This document shows positions 1 through 12,175 of a stretch of 64,000 nt of DNA, piece after piece (within the stretch, counting starts at the first letter, position 1; each line of letters opens with the position of its first letter). The stretch spans positions 43,462,001 through 43,526,000 of the forward strand of contig NC_043013.1 of the NCBI RefSeq assembly GCF_006345805.1, in the 5' to 3' direction. Made by a program: the position numbers and the translations under genes. The notes under the pieces were generated by a model. It made no database searches, was not told the DNA's origin, and saw only the letters and a list, made by a program, of their open reading frames with translations. This DNA comes from Octopus sinensis (Eukaryota).

Positions 1-298
1 TGATTTTCCGTTCCTAAGTTAATCAGAAGCATAGATTGCCGTGCTACTCATAAACCTTCTCGGTAGTTCAATCATTTAGTGAAAAAAAATACCTCTAAAG
101 CAAATTAAACCGTCCAAGGGACGGGTGCGTTTGCTAGTTATATGTATTTTAAATATATTTTAAAATTCATGTATACATACACACACACACACACACTATA
201 TATATATAATATATATATATATAATATATATATATATTATATTATATATATATATATATATAAATGGAGTTAAACACAAGTGTTATTCAAATTCTTTT

Positions 299-385
299 AC
301 TTCCGTCACATGTTTCGAAGATATCACTGATACTATTCCAAAGGAATAAAATGGTGTAAACATGTAATCTTCTCTTCAGGGAAGT
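299..385 (-). ncRNA. Type I hammerhead ribozyme-like motif (perfect CUGAAGA/GAAAC core, GAC at the cleavage triplet)
   Basis: Minus strand: ACTTCC-CTGAAGA-GAAGAT...ATCTTC-GAAAC-ATGT-GAC-GGAAGT; 6-bp stem I and 6-bp stem II seen directly. Confidence 0.6.
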
Positions 386-521
386 GAAGAAATGAAACTC
401 GTCAATAAGACATTTTAACAGAAAATGATGGAATATGATATTAACTGAACGGTATTAACATTGTTTCAAAAAACGTTATAGGATATAACGTCAGAGGTAG
501 CCTATAGGGAAAAATACACAC

Positions 522-587
<66 letters not shown>

Positions 588-663
588 CTCAAACAATACA
601 GAAAACAAAAGACAAAAACAGGCGAGGGAACAGCAAGCAGGTGTATTAGTTTGATTGGAAAAG

Positions 664-701
664 TCTTTCATGTTTCGAGTCTACGCTCTTCAACAGAAAG
701 A
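664..701 (-). ncRNA. Decayed minimal hammerhead-like motif
   Basis: Minus strand: TCTTT-CTGTTGA-A-GAGC-GTAG-ACTC-GAAAC-AT-G-AAAGA; stems I and II pair, core has A6>U and G at the cleavage position. Confidence 0.4.
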
Positions 702-758
702 GATGAGACGAAAAAAAAACTAGAGAAAAATGTATCAGTATTAATGATTTAACATGAT

Positions 759-799
<41 letters not shown>

Positions 800-1612
800 T
801 ATATATATATATATATATATGAGTATCTTTCTGTCTCTAATAACAAGCGTTAGTCTGTTTACATCCCTGTAACTTAGCGATCTAGTGAAAAACAGAATAA
901 GCGCAAGGCTTGAAAAAAAAGTAATGGGTTTGATTCGGTTGGCCGAAAAATTCTTCAAGGCCGTGCCCCAGATGGCTACAGCTGATGACTCTGGACACTC
1001 CTTATCATATATAGTATCAAGTGAGAAAAAAAAGGTATAGCATTCGTCTAATACAATTGACAGGCAAATGCATTTCTTCACATCTAGGTTTCTGTTTTCT
1101 TTTCTCTTTTTAAATTTCATCTTTTAGGTGAATTCCTCTAATTTACGCTTGTGTTTTATTTTATTTTTATCCCATCTTTTTTACTAAATTTTTCCTACAA
1201 AATACCCTTGTAAAAGAAGGGAGCATCTTATGTGAGATCGTCTTATATGCTAAATAGTGGACTCTTCCGTTGCAGACGACATATAAGCGTTCAGCTTTTG
1301 TCGAACGACTTGCACGAATGATTCGTTTACAATGATCAAATGTATGTGCCGCACACTAGCTCACTCTCTCCATTAACTTGACGTTACCTGAACAGGTACA
1401 CAGTGTATCATGTCTCAGGTGTCAAAGTGATTGTAGGGTAACGTCAGATGAAGTATTTTTCTCAAGAACACATCTCACCCAGTCTATGAATTGAAACCAC
1501 GATCTCGCGATCGTGAATACAATACCCTAACTACTAGACCATGTGCCTTCGTTATATGTCAAACAGGGGGCATAATAATAATAATAATTTTCTTTCTTAT
1601 CACATCTTTTAG

Positions 1613-1712
1613 GTGAATTCTACGACCTCCCAGAGGGTTTCACAGGTTCCGAGACTTCAGGATCAGCTATTGCTTTGGCATTTTATGATGGATTATGGGC
1701 CTATAATGGATG
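1613..1712 (+). CDS. SLC7A9: SLC7A9-like (b(0,+)-type amino acid transporter) coding exon, 100 nt, phase 1 to 2
   Basis: ttttAG|GT GAA TTC...GGA TG|GTGAGT; translates (G)EFYDLPEGFTGSETSGSAIALAFYDGLWAYNGW, matching the LAFYxGLWAYxGW motif of SLC7 L-type light chains. Orthology to SLC7A9 versus paralogues is by recalled similarity. Confidence 0.9.
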
Positions 1713-1889
1713 GTGAGTAGTTTTGTCTAAGTTTCATTCATAATTGTTCAGTCCTGTGATTGTATAACTCTTCCGTCAAGACACGAGTCATAAGTATCCA
1801 CATTAGTGGCAAACAGGTTATATAGGTCGAAAAATTTGATGCCAAGTTCCCTTTCAAGAGATCCTAGAGTTATAGAAGCGTTCGTCCCC

Positions 1890-3090
1890 TTGATACTTTT
1901 AAGTGCACCAATTACTACTGGTATCACGTCTACCCTCTTCATTGACCACAATCTTCGTTTTTCCCTCTTCAAATCGTCATAGATATTTATCTTTTCTTCT
2001 TTCACATTGGTCCTGTTGTCACCTGGGCATGCTATGTCGATTATCATACATGTTCTTTCCTTTTTATTCACCACAATAATGTCCGGTTTCCTATCTCTGA
2101 TCGGGTGATCGCACTGGATCATTACATCCCACAGGATTTTGCAATTCTCATTTTCGGTTACTCTCGGGGTTTTCTCATACCACGTCTTTGCTCTTTGTAG
2201 GTCGTGATTTCCACAGAGTTCCCAGTGGATCATTCTTGCATCTTTTGTATTCGCGTTGTGCCAATTTCGGGCATTCGTTAACGATATGCCATACTGTTTC
2301 ACCCATCTCACAACACATTCTGCATTCGTCGCTATCGGTAGTGTTGTCTATTCTACACTTCATATAGTTGGTCCTTAACGCTTGTTCCTGAGCTGCGCAT
2401 ATGAGTGCTTCTCTCTCTGTCTTCAGGTCACTCCTCCTCATCCATAGCCACCGGTCCTCTGTATCTGTTTTGGCGTTCACATCTCTTGCAAACTGACCGT
2501 ACATTTTTTTCCTTCCATGCTTTCCTTTTTTCTTTTTTGTTCATTTCTTGTTTAAATTTCTCCTTTGTTACACAATTTTCAGTTTTGATGATGCCATCTT
2601 TTATGTGTTTCAACAGTGGTTCCACGGTACTTTTTATATACCACCCTACGTTGCTTTCCTCTGCTTCGATACAGTCCTGGCAACTGATCAAACCTCTCCC
2701 ACCTTTTCTTCTGGACAAGTACAGCCTATCGGTGTCACTCATAGGGTGGAAGACTCCGTGTACTATCAACATTTTTCTGGTTTTGGTATCCATTTTCTTC
2801 ACTTCTTTCTTTTACCATTTTATAATTCTCGCTCCATACCGAAATGATGCTATCATCCACGTATTAACTGCTTGGATTTTATTCCATCCAGTCAGTTCTG
2901 AGCGCGACACCAACTACAGTCTTCGGAAATACCCCATCCTAAGCTGCTCTTTCATTTCCTTATCCATTATCTCGTTGAAGTCTAGCACACAATGGTATTT
3001 GTATCCTTTCGTTTCAATTTGTTTAATAAAGTCTCTGTTCAGTAATTCTGTCCCTGTACCTTGCCACTTTTTAGGTAGATTATTCCGCAC
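1890..3090 (-). mobile_element. R4/Dong-clade non-LTR retrotransposon fragment A (RT thumb, CCHC knuckle, restriction-like endonuclease), truncated at both ends and frameshifted
   Basis: DRLYLSRRKGGRGL, CRMC..HIVNEC, RKPDIIVVNKKERTCMIIDIACP, VIPVVIGAL; 5' end abuts (TTA)n at 3091. Confidence 0.88.
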
Positions 3091-3420
<330 letters not shown>

Positions 3421-3958
3421 GAGTGAGAGAGCAGTGCATGCCATCAAAGTGACACTGGGGTAAAATATACGAAGCCCAATATACCCATCATGACTACCCG
3501 TCTGATAAGGGTACACCAGGCACATGCATCACAACCATATGTGCGCGACATGGTGATCTCATATCAAGATAAACAGCATATGACCTTGCAGGTGGGGCCG
3601 AGTTAGAATTTTCTTCAGGTTGAGTAGCCCATCCCGCTCAAAAGGTCCCTGAATAAGGGTTGTTTAAGGATGTGAAAGAACCACCCATGTTTCCAGAGGT
3701 GAATTATTCAAACCCCAAAGAATCCCTCTCAACACATGGCTATGATGCTCCCCCACTACTTCTGCTCGTGATCAGAGATGCACATATCGTCAGCCACTAA
3801 GGGATATGGTCAACTGGTTAAGGTCAAACAACTGACAAGCAAATCTGTGGTTTGAGCAGAATATTTGCTGTAGCCCATCTTTTATACCAAGACAAAACAA
3901 TGTACATGATAACACTTCCAATCAGTTAAGATCAGAAGCATGAGAGCCACTGCCTGGT
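3421..3958 (-). mobile_element. ~540-bp non-coding interspersed element inserted in (TAA)n; orientation tentative
   Basis: Bounded precisely by (TTA)n on both sides; a diverged partial copy in the opposite orientation lies at ~30580-30730. Confidence 0.6.
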
Positions 3959-3983
3959 ATTATTATTATTATTATTATTATTA

Positions 3984-6339
3984 CCTTTTTTTTTCTTCTT
4001 TCAAATTTGCTTCCATTTCTTGCCGAGTGTCTTCCCGACTCCTAGGGCAAAGAAACTCATAGTATACATTGGTAGGCCATTAACCAACTCAGTAGTTCGT
4101 TCATTTTTTTTTTTTAATTAAAATTAAAATACATGAGCAGCAACAGTTCTCACATCGACAACGCTCTTCTCAATACGTGTGATGTACCAGTTAAGACAAT
4201 CTTTTGCACTTCTTGCAGGGATGGTAAGCCAGAGATCATTCTCATATAATTTTCGGTTCCCTTCTTGATCATTCCTAGTGCTCCTACGATCACTGGTATT
4301 GTAACCGCCTTGAGATGCCACATTTTCTCAATTTCAATGAGTAGGTCTTTATATTTTCTGAGCTTGTCAAACTCTTTCGCTGAGATATTATGATCACAGG
4401 GGATGCTCATGTCGATCAATAAGCAAACTTTATTGTTTTGGTCTTTCACAACAATATCTGGTTTATTGGCCTTGATGGTTCGGTCTGTATGTACTGGAAA
4501 GTCCCACAGAATGGTTACATTTTCTCCTTCAGTTACAGCCTCAGGGTGGTGATTATACCACTTGTCGGCAGTTTTGATATTGTAATGCCGACTATTATTA
4601 GCCAGTGGAGATATTGGCCAACTCTGTCATGTCTTAATTTATACTCCACTGGTGCTAAGACTTTACATCCAGAGATTAGGTGGTCCACTGTTTCAATCAT
4701 GTCGTTGCAGAATCGGCATTTTTGGTCTGCTCCATTTTTCATCACATTGGCCTGGTAGTTCCGGTTAATAGGCTTTGATCTTGAGCAGCCAGGATGAAAC
4801 CTTCGCTCTCTGCTTTTAGCCCTGAGCTCCGTAGCCACTGATGGGTTTGCTTCTGGTCAACATCAGCTTGTTTGCTGCGGGTCACATATTTGCCGTGCAG
4901 AGGTTTCTCCTCCCACCTATCAGCCATTGCTCGTGCGCTTTTTTCATTGCCATCATTTTCACCTTCTTTGCAACAATAGTTGCCGTACTTCCCTCGGGTT
5001 GTTCAGTTTGGGTATCCTGCACGAGATCAATAGCAATTTTTTGCTTTCATTTATAATAGAATGAAGCTTCTTTCGTCTCTCGTGATTTTCCACGAGCGTT
5101 TGCATCCAGTCATTCGATATTTCGAGATATTTGGCCAGTCCAATTGTGGTTGTTTTGTAAGCTAGTTCAAATTGGATCAGGCCTCGACCTCCTTGGGCTC
5201 TGGGAAGGTAAAGGCGATCTACGTCTGCCTTTGGGTGGTGCATCCTATTACAACTCAGCAGCTTGCGTATTTTTCTATCTATATTCTTTACTTCACTCAT
5301 ATTCCAGTTCAACACATTGTAGCTATAAGTAACAACTGGAACTGCTAAGGAATTTATAGCTAACACCTTGTTACGTGCATTTAGTTCAGATTTCAGGACT
5401 GCACGAACTCTCCTATAACATTCCTTCCTGATTTTCTCTTTCATGCTTGCATGCTGAATACCAGAGCCTTCATTACCCCTAATATTTGTATGTTTGTTCT
5501 TGCTCAAGCTCTCTTATGACTGTGTCAACATCTAACACGACTGAATTTGTGTCTTCACTTTCCCTTTCTGGAAAGTGGCCTTGGCACACTTCTCAAGTCC
5601 AAACTCCATCCCGATGTCATCGCTGAATGCTTTCACGGTGCGCAATAGGCCTTCAAGTTCATTATTGTCTTTACCATAAGTTTTTAAGTCATCCATATAA
5701 AATAGATGGCTTATTTTTTTTATTGGCAATTTTATACCCTACCCTGTTCTGTTTAATTCACTTGTAAGGGGTATTAGGGCTATGCAGAATATTAAAGGTG
5801 AAAGTGAGTCACCTTGAAAAATTCCACAGTTGATGTTTATATTTTCTGAGGCAAGTACTCCATTAGAGTGGTATAATTGGAGATTCGTATTCCACAACGA
5901 CATATTGTGCTAGGAAGTTTGAAATCACAGGGGAAATTTTGAAGATGTCCAGCGATCTCAAGATCCATGGATGCGGTATACTATCTCGAAGGCCTTTTTG
6001 TAGTCAATCCATGCGGTGCTGAGATTTCTGCGCTTGTTTGACAGTTCTCAAGGATCATACGATTGATTAGCAGTTGATCTTTGCATCGTAAGAGCCTCGG
6101 CGGCACCTTTTTGTTCAATGGGGAAAATATCGTTCTTCTCCATGAATGCATATTTTTTCTCCGCCAGGATAGGTGTTAGGATTTTATACGTGGTGGATAG
6201 ACAGGTTATAGGCCGATAGTTTTTTGGAAGGTTGGTTTCGTTATTCTTTGGGAGTAGGTAAGTAATGCCACTTGCTAACCATTCAGGTGTTTTCTTTGGG
6301 TCTCTCATAATTCCATTGAGCAGCTGAACTAGCTTACCG

Positions 6340-6341
<2 letters not shown>
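3984..6341 (-). mobile_element. R4/Dong-clade non-LTR retrotransposon B, 5'-truncated, with RT, RLE and 3' UTR, frameshifted
   Basis: NYRPITCLSTTYK, IFQGDSLSPL, LFYMDDLK, CRFC..HLISGC, LLIDMSIPCD..QKIVLTGTSHVLRRALSM*; flanked by (TTA)n at 3959-3983 and 6342-6405. Confidence 0.92.
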
Positions 6342-6407
<66 letters not shown>

Positions 6408-6945
6408 TGGAATTTGTTGTTCTTCTTCTTGCTCAGGTGGTCTTCCTTATTTCCATTTCTCATTTGTCTCTTGTTTTGCTTTTTGCCGAGTCTTTCTATT
6501 CTTCAAGGCTTTGAAGTGATTCATACTATAATACAGGTAACAACTAGGCATTTGGCCCCGTATCGTCAATCTTAAGCCCTTTGGTTGGACACAGTCCTAA
6601 CATGCAACTGTAGGGTTATATGAGTGCTTTGAAGCCCATTTTAATACCTCCTGACCACATGCAGCCTCTTATTAGGGCTGCTTTCACTATTAACCCATAC
6701 TGTGATACAAAAGTGATGACTAGCCACAGATTGGCATCGTTTCTTATATCTTTTATTGTCACTCTAGTATTTTTTTGCTCCCATGTATTGGGGGTGCAAA
6801 TGTAAAGCCAGATGTGTGTCCCAAACTTTCAGCCCAAATTTTGGCTGATTCTTTAATTTCAAAAGCATAGCAGACTGTGCTATAATTTTTCACTTTTTGA
6901 GGCTAAAAGGATTTCTCCCATCACGTCCTGAAGTGTCTGTTGTAA

Positions 6946-7045
6946 NNNNNNNNNNNNNNNNNNNNNNNNNNNNNNNNNNNNNNNNNNNNNNNNNNNNNNN
7001 NNNNNNNNNNNNNNNNNNNNNNNNNNNNNNNNNNNNNNNNNNNNN
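6946..7045. other. Assembly gap (100 N)
   Basis: Run of N. Confidence 1.
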
Positions 7046-8886
7046 TGAAATCAGTACTTGATCTATTTGAGGGCTTACTAGAAACTGATGAAGAAATTTA
7101 AAGACCTGTACCATGTTAAGCCATTGACTAGCAATGAAATGTAGATTGGGGAAGTGGAGACACTCATAATATCAAAATAATTTCGAACATCAAAACACAA
7201 TGAAAAAATGTAATGCAGTGCTTGGCACCTGATACCCAGATCAGGATGAACAAATTACATAGAACTCTGTTACCTTTGGGGCACTGTTTTATATGGGTTG
7301 CCATTTCAAAGCTGTGAATGTTGGTTTTAATGTTGGGCAGTTACTTTCTGGTATTGGTGACATAGCCATTGATTGTACAGTAGTTAAAAACTGTTATTTA
7401 GTAGCTCAATATGATACAATCTAAATAATAGTCTGCTTGTTTGTTTGACCATTAGACTTTAGTTAGTTAGAAAGGTGGAGTAAAAGTGAGAGGGGGCAGG
7501 AGAAGAAATGTGAGTAGAGAAGAAAGAAGAGAGGAGTATAATAATACACTAAGGCCAAATGCATCACATGGTTAGTTGAAGGGAGAGGTGAAGAGTGAGA
7601 GAAAAAGATGAGAGAAAAGTGGGAGAGAGAAGTGGTAATGATGTACTGTAGGGTGGGGAAGGAAAGGTGAAGAGAAAGAGAGAAATGTTATGAAGAGGGG
7701 AATTACATGGTTAAAAAGTTTGTTGAAGAAGAGAGGAATAGAAATTTGAAGTGCTTAGCAGAGGGAAGTTTTAAAATCATATAATATATTATTGGGACAG
7801 GAAGTGAAATAATTTGGTAAAATAAAATTAAAAATCATCCTTTCTTTCTTAAATAGCTTCTCTTATCTTTTTTTGTTCAGTGGAATTTCCACAGATCCCA
7901 ATAGTATAATACATAATATAACATTTGATTGAGGAAAGGCGGTGAGCTGGCAGAAACATTAGTACGCTGGACGAAATGCTTAGTGGTATTTCATCTGTCT
8001 TTACATTCTGAGTTCAAATTGCACCAAGGTTGACTTTGCCTTTGGTTCTTTTTGAGTCAATAAATTAAGTATCAGTTGCGTACTGGGGTCGATCTAATCT
8101 GCTGGCCCCCACCCCAAAAGTTTCGAGCCTTTTGCCTAGAGTAGAAAAGAATATTTCATGAAACACTTCAAGGTAGTGAGCAGCATGGCCCGAGTCCAAT
8201 AACTGAAATAACTAAAGAGTGAATAGGTATTTCTGTTCATCAGACCACCTGTCTCTATTTGTTTACCTCTATCTCTATACAGGATGGCTCAAAAGTAGGT
8301 TTACAGTTATTCAAATATCTCTTTCACATTCATATATTAAAAGTTTAGATCTTTATTAAGAAAAAAATATGAAACCATTATTCTTTGCTAATTTAGTTAA
8401 TTGTAAGATAGAAATATAAATGTAATAAAATGTTTTAAAAGAAATTTAAAGTGCCCGTGTGATTAACTGTAAATCTATACACTGTATATCTGGTTATTTT
8501 CATCTATCTCTATCTGTCTGTCAATCCGCCTGTCTGTCTCTGTCTATCAGCTTCTCTCTCTGTGTCTATCTGTCATTCTATCTCTCTCTGTCTATCAGTC
8601 ACTCTCTCTATCCATCTCTGTCTATCTATCAATTTATCCCTGTTCCTCTATCTACTGTTGTCTGTCTTTTTCCGTAATAAATTTTTTAAAATGTACACAG
8701 TTACAAATTTATATTTATTTACATGACATTCAGGTCTGATAGTTCCTGCACCCCACCACAAGGTTTGGATATGATCTATGTTGTTTTTGTTCTTCTTTTT
8801 AATTAATCAGTCAAACACAAAACAAAAAACAAATAAAACAAATTCTTCAAGATGCAAATTTCTAAAGAATACTTATTTTTTTCCAG

Positions 8887-8990
8887 TTATGGGCTGATCG
8901 AGTTCTTGGGGTTGCTGCCATTATAATACCAATTTCTGTGGCCATGTCAACGTTTGGCGCAACAAATGGAATTTGTTTCACAAGTGGGCG
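8887..8990 (+). CDS. SLC7A9: SLC7A9-like coding exon, 104 nt, phase 0 to 2
   Basis: ttttccAG|TTA TGG GCT...GGG CG|GTGAGT; LWADRVLGVAAIIIPISVAMSTFGATNGICFTSGR (STFGxxNG motif). Confidence 0.92.
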
Positions 8991-9189
8991 GTGAGTATAA
9001 GTTTCCAGCCCATATTTTGTTTCATCTTAATAATAGTAACGATGTTTATGATGATGGTTATATTAATGAAGATGGAGGTGGGGAGGATGAGAAAGTGACG
9101 ATGGTGGTGTTGAAGATGATGTCAATGATGACGGTAATGGCAGTGAAGTTTATTACATGATTATCAAAATATTTTCCTATTTTCTGCAT

Positions 9190-9500
9190 GTAGGTTCTTG
9201 CATTTTATTTGGAGCGATGTAGTTTGTCCACCGATGCGACGAAGACCATCTAGTCATCCTGGGGTGGGGGTGGGCTTGTTTTGTGAGTCTGCAGATGGCT
9301 AGTGAGGCCAATCTGGGCCCATTCTTCCTGGCTTATCTGCGGTCTTCTGCAACAGCGATCCTATTGGTCTCGCATGTGTTGGCACCCTTGTCGACAGCTG
9401 ATATGGGTCTCAAATTCTGATACAACGCCAGCAATGTTATGTACTGGAGTCAATCTGATCAGTTATACCTGTTCTCCAAAATGTGAGGCCTTGGGAAACA
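9190..9500 (-). mobile_element. RTE (BovB-like) LINE 3' fragment, degenerate
   Basis: Minus-strand translation includes AQIGLTSHLQTHK, like the RTE C-terminal RIGLxSHLRTH zinc motif. Confidence 0.6.
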
Positions 9501-9599
9501 TTATCATATGGGAAGGATCTAGATAGAATATTCCATTTCATATAAATTTGTTTATTATAAAGGTAGTGAAGAAAGGAAGAGAAGAGAGAAAATTACTTC

Positions 9600-9900
9600 T
9601 GGTTCTGATGTCTTGTTTACATAGGTAGTTCATCATCTCACTTGATGAAAAGAATATCTAACAATTACTCTACATATCAATAAATACAAAAATTCTGGGA
9701 TTAATAAATTAATTTGGTCACTAAAGGAACATAATAAACAAATTGATATGAAATGGAATATTCTATCTAGATCCTTCCCATATGATAAAGGTAAATCTTT
9801 TTGTCCGCTCTGTAATGACGAACAATTTCTCATCCTGCTTTCAGAGAATTTTCTTCTGAACTTGTTTAAAGAATGCATTTATCATTATAAACATTGGCAA
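9600..9900 (+). mobile_element. Penelope-like element fragment (C-terminal part of GIY-YIG endonuclease)
   Basis: IWSLKEHNKQIDMKWNILSRSFPYDKGKSFCPLCNDEQFLIL resembles the PLE IWxLK..W.IL..A.PY....C.LC..EK motif. Confidence 0.7.
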
Positions 9901-10664
9901 AAACATACCTTTAGTTCCTATAAGTAATTTCTACCAATCTATAAAATTTGACCTTTAACTACCTTCTTACATTTCATTTCCACTGCATATATCTATTTCC
10001 ATGCTTTTAAGCTTTATTCCAATTCATCTATCACGCTATATTTCTCCACTCTTGATTTTCCGTTAATATCTTTCTTTCTCCTTTTTCCCTTTCACCAAAT
10101 TGCCTTGGACATTAAATCTATTAACATCTAAGAAGAAATTGCTTAATGAAAGACGTGTGAGCGTTCTATCTTGTACACACTATTCTAAATATGTGTTTAG
10201 AAAATTTTATTAAGTGTCTATATTTGTACTCATATGTATCCATTTATATGTGTACATGTATATGTATATACGAATAATCATATATTTGAGTATATGCATA
10301 TATATATATATTTGTATACATGGGTACATGTTGTTTGTATTTATCTGATGCTATTTATAGCTTGTTTTGCATATGTTTGTGCATATATATATGTATATAT
10401 ATATGTGTGTGTGTGTGTTTGTGTGTGCATGTGTGTGTGTATATATATATATATGTGTGTGTGTGTGTATTTGTATGTGTATATGCATGTATATGTACAT
10501 GTACAAGTATATCTATTGAAGTCTCTATATTCATATGTATGTATATATATGTGTGAGGGGAGGGTATTTGTATGTGTTTTGAATAAGTGCATATATGTGT
10601 GTGTGTGTGTATATATGTATATGTGTGTGTATGTATATGTATGAATGTGTATACATATATATAC

Positions 10665-10714
<50 letters not shown>

Positions 10715-11267
10715 ATATCTGTAAGATTTATCATCTTAATCTATATTATTCTACTGGATTTGGAAAATTGTTGGCAGATTAATTCAGAATTTGATCTTTT
10801 TAATGCTATTCTCGTATACTTGTAGTTACTGTTATATACATCATTATATTAGAATTAATATTAATTACATATCACAAATAAGATGTTTTCATTATACTAA
10901 ATAAATAAATGTATTAATACTTCCATTTCATTTATTAATTAATTGATGATAATTATAATAACGATAACAATTATAATAGATAATTAGTTTTATTTCACTT
11001 AATAAATAAATTTAATAACCAAAATATTATAGTATTGTATAGTTTATACGTTATATTATTATTACAACAATATTATTTTGTTAATTCTCAAAGAATTATA
11101 AAATTTGTACATATACTATTTATAGTCACTTAATTCAAAAATAACAATATTAGTTATTTTTATTGTGAGAAATCCTTAATACTTGTTTTGTTATGTTACT
11201 TAATTTACTTATCTATAGTGTTCTCCCTTCCGTTATATATATATATATATATATATAAATATATATA

Positions 11268-11833
11268 TTGGGTTGTCCGGAAAGTTCGTGCTGATTTTTA
11301 AAGGAAAGAAAAAGGTCAATAAATACTTGCCATTGCATTTTTAATCAACTAAATACGAACCATTTTGTTGTACAATGCGTCTCAATCTTTCCTTTGACTT
11401 GAAAATACCCTCTTCCCAGAATTGAGGGGGTTTCATGTCAAAGAATTCATCGAGGTATCTTTTTACGTCATCCAAGGAATTGAAATTTTTACCATTAAGA
11501 CTATTCTTCAGAGACCTGAATAAGTGGAAATCCGAAGGAGCAATATCTGGTGAATATGGGGGGTGGGGTAACACATCCCAGCCGAGCGGCAGCAATTTTT
11601 GTCTGGTTCCCAAAGCATCGAGTGCCAAAAATGAACTTTCTTATCTTCCATCTTAAAGGGTTACAGAATTAACACAGGTTATAGGAACATAAGCCTTCTT
11701 CCACGAAAAGATAGCTTAAACTGTGCTCTAAATGGAGGTGTAGTCAAATCCTATTTTATGAACTCAACCATGTTCTAAAATAAGTCGAAAGGTAAGCTAC
11801 TATAAAACGGCACAAACTTTCCGGACGACCCAA
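11268..11833 (-). mobile_element. Internally deleted mariner element, 566 bp, both TIRs, TA target
   Basis: TA|TTGGGTTGTCCGGAAAGTTCGTG...GCACAAACTTTCCGGACGACCCAA|TA; ORF 11341-11628 has WDVLPHPPYSPDIAPSDFHLF. Confidence 0.93.
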
Positions 11834-11916
11834 TATATATAAACATTTGTGATATTGTATGTGTTGTTGTTACTGTATTTACTGTTACAATAAATGTCTC
11901 ATCTTGTAATCTTTAG

Positions 11917-12013
11917 ATTGACTTACGCTGCAGCCAGAGAGGGTCATCTCCCACAGGTTCTCTCCTATCTTCACATCAGGAAGAAAACTCCTGTCATCTC
12001 CCTTATATTCTTA
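11917..12013 (+). CDS. SLC7A9: SLC7A9-like coding exon, 97 nt, phase 2 to 0
   Basis: ctttAG|A TTG ACT...TTC TTA|GTAAGT; LTYAAAREGHLPQVLSYLHIRKKTPVISLIFL; phase matches the previous exon. Confidence 0.93.
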
Positions 12014-12140
12014 GTAAGTCAAGTATATGATACCTCTGTATTCTCAGATGTTCATTCTATTGTGTTGTTAAATTATGTGTGTATATGCATACATATATAC
12101 ATGCATACATATGCGTGTGAGTGAGTGACTAAATGTATGT

Positions 12141-12175
<35 letters not shown>

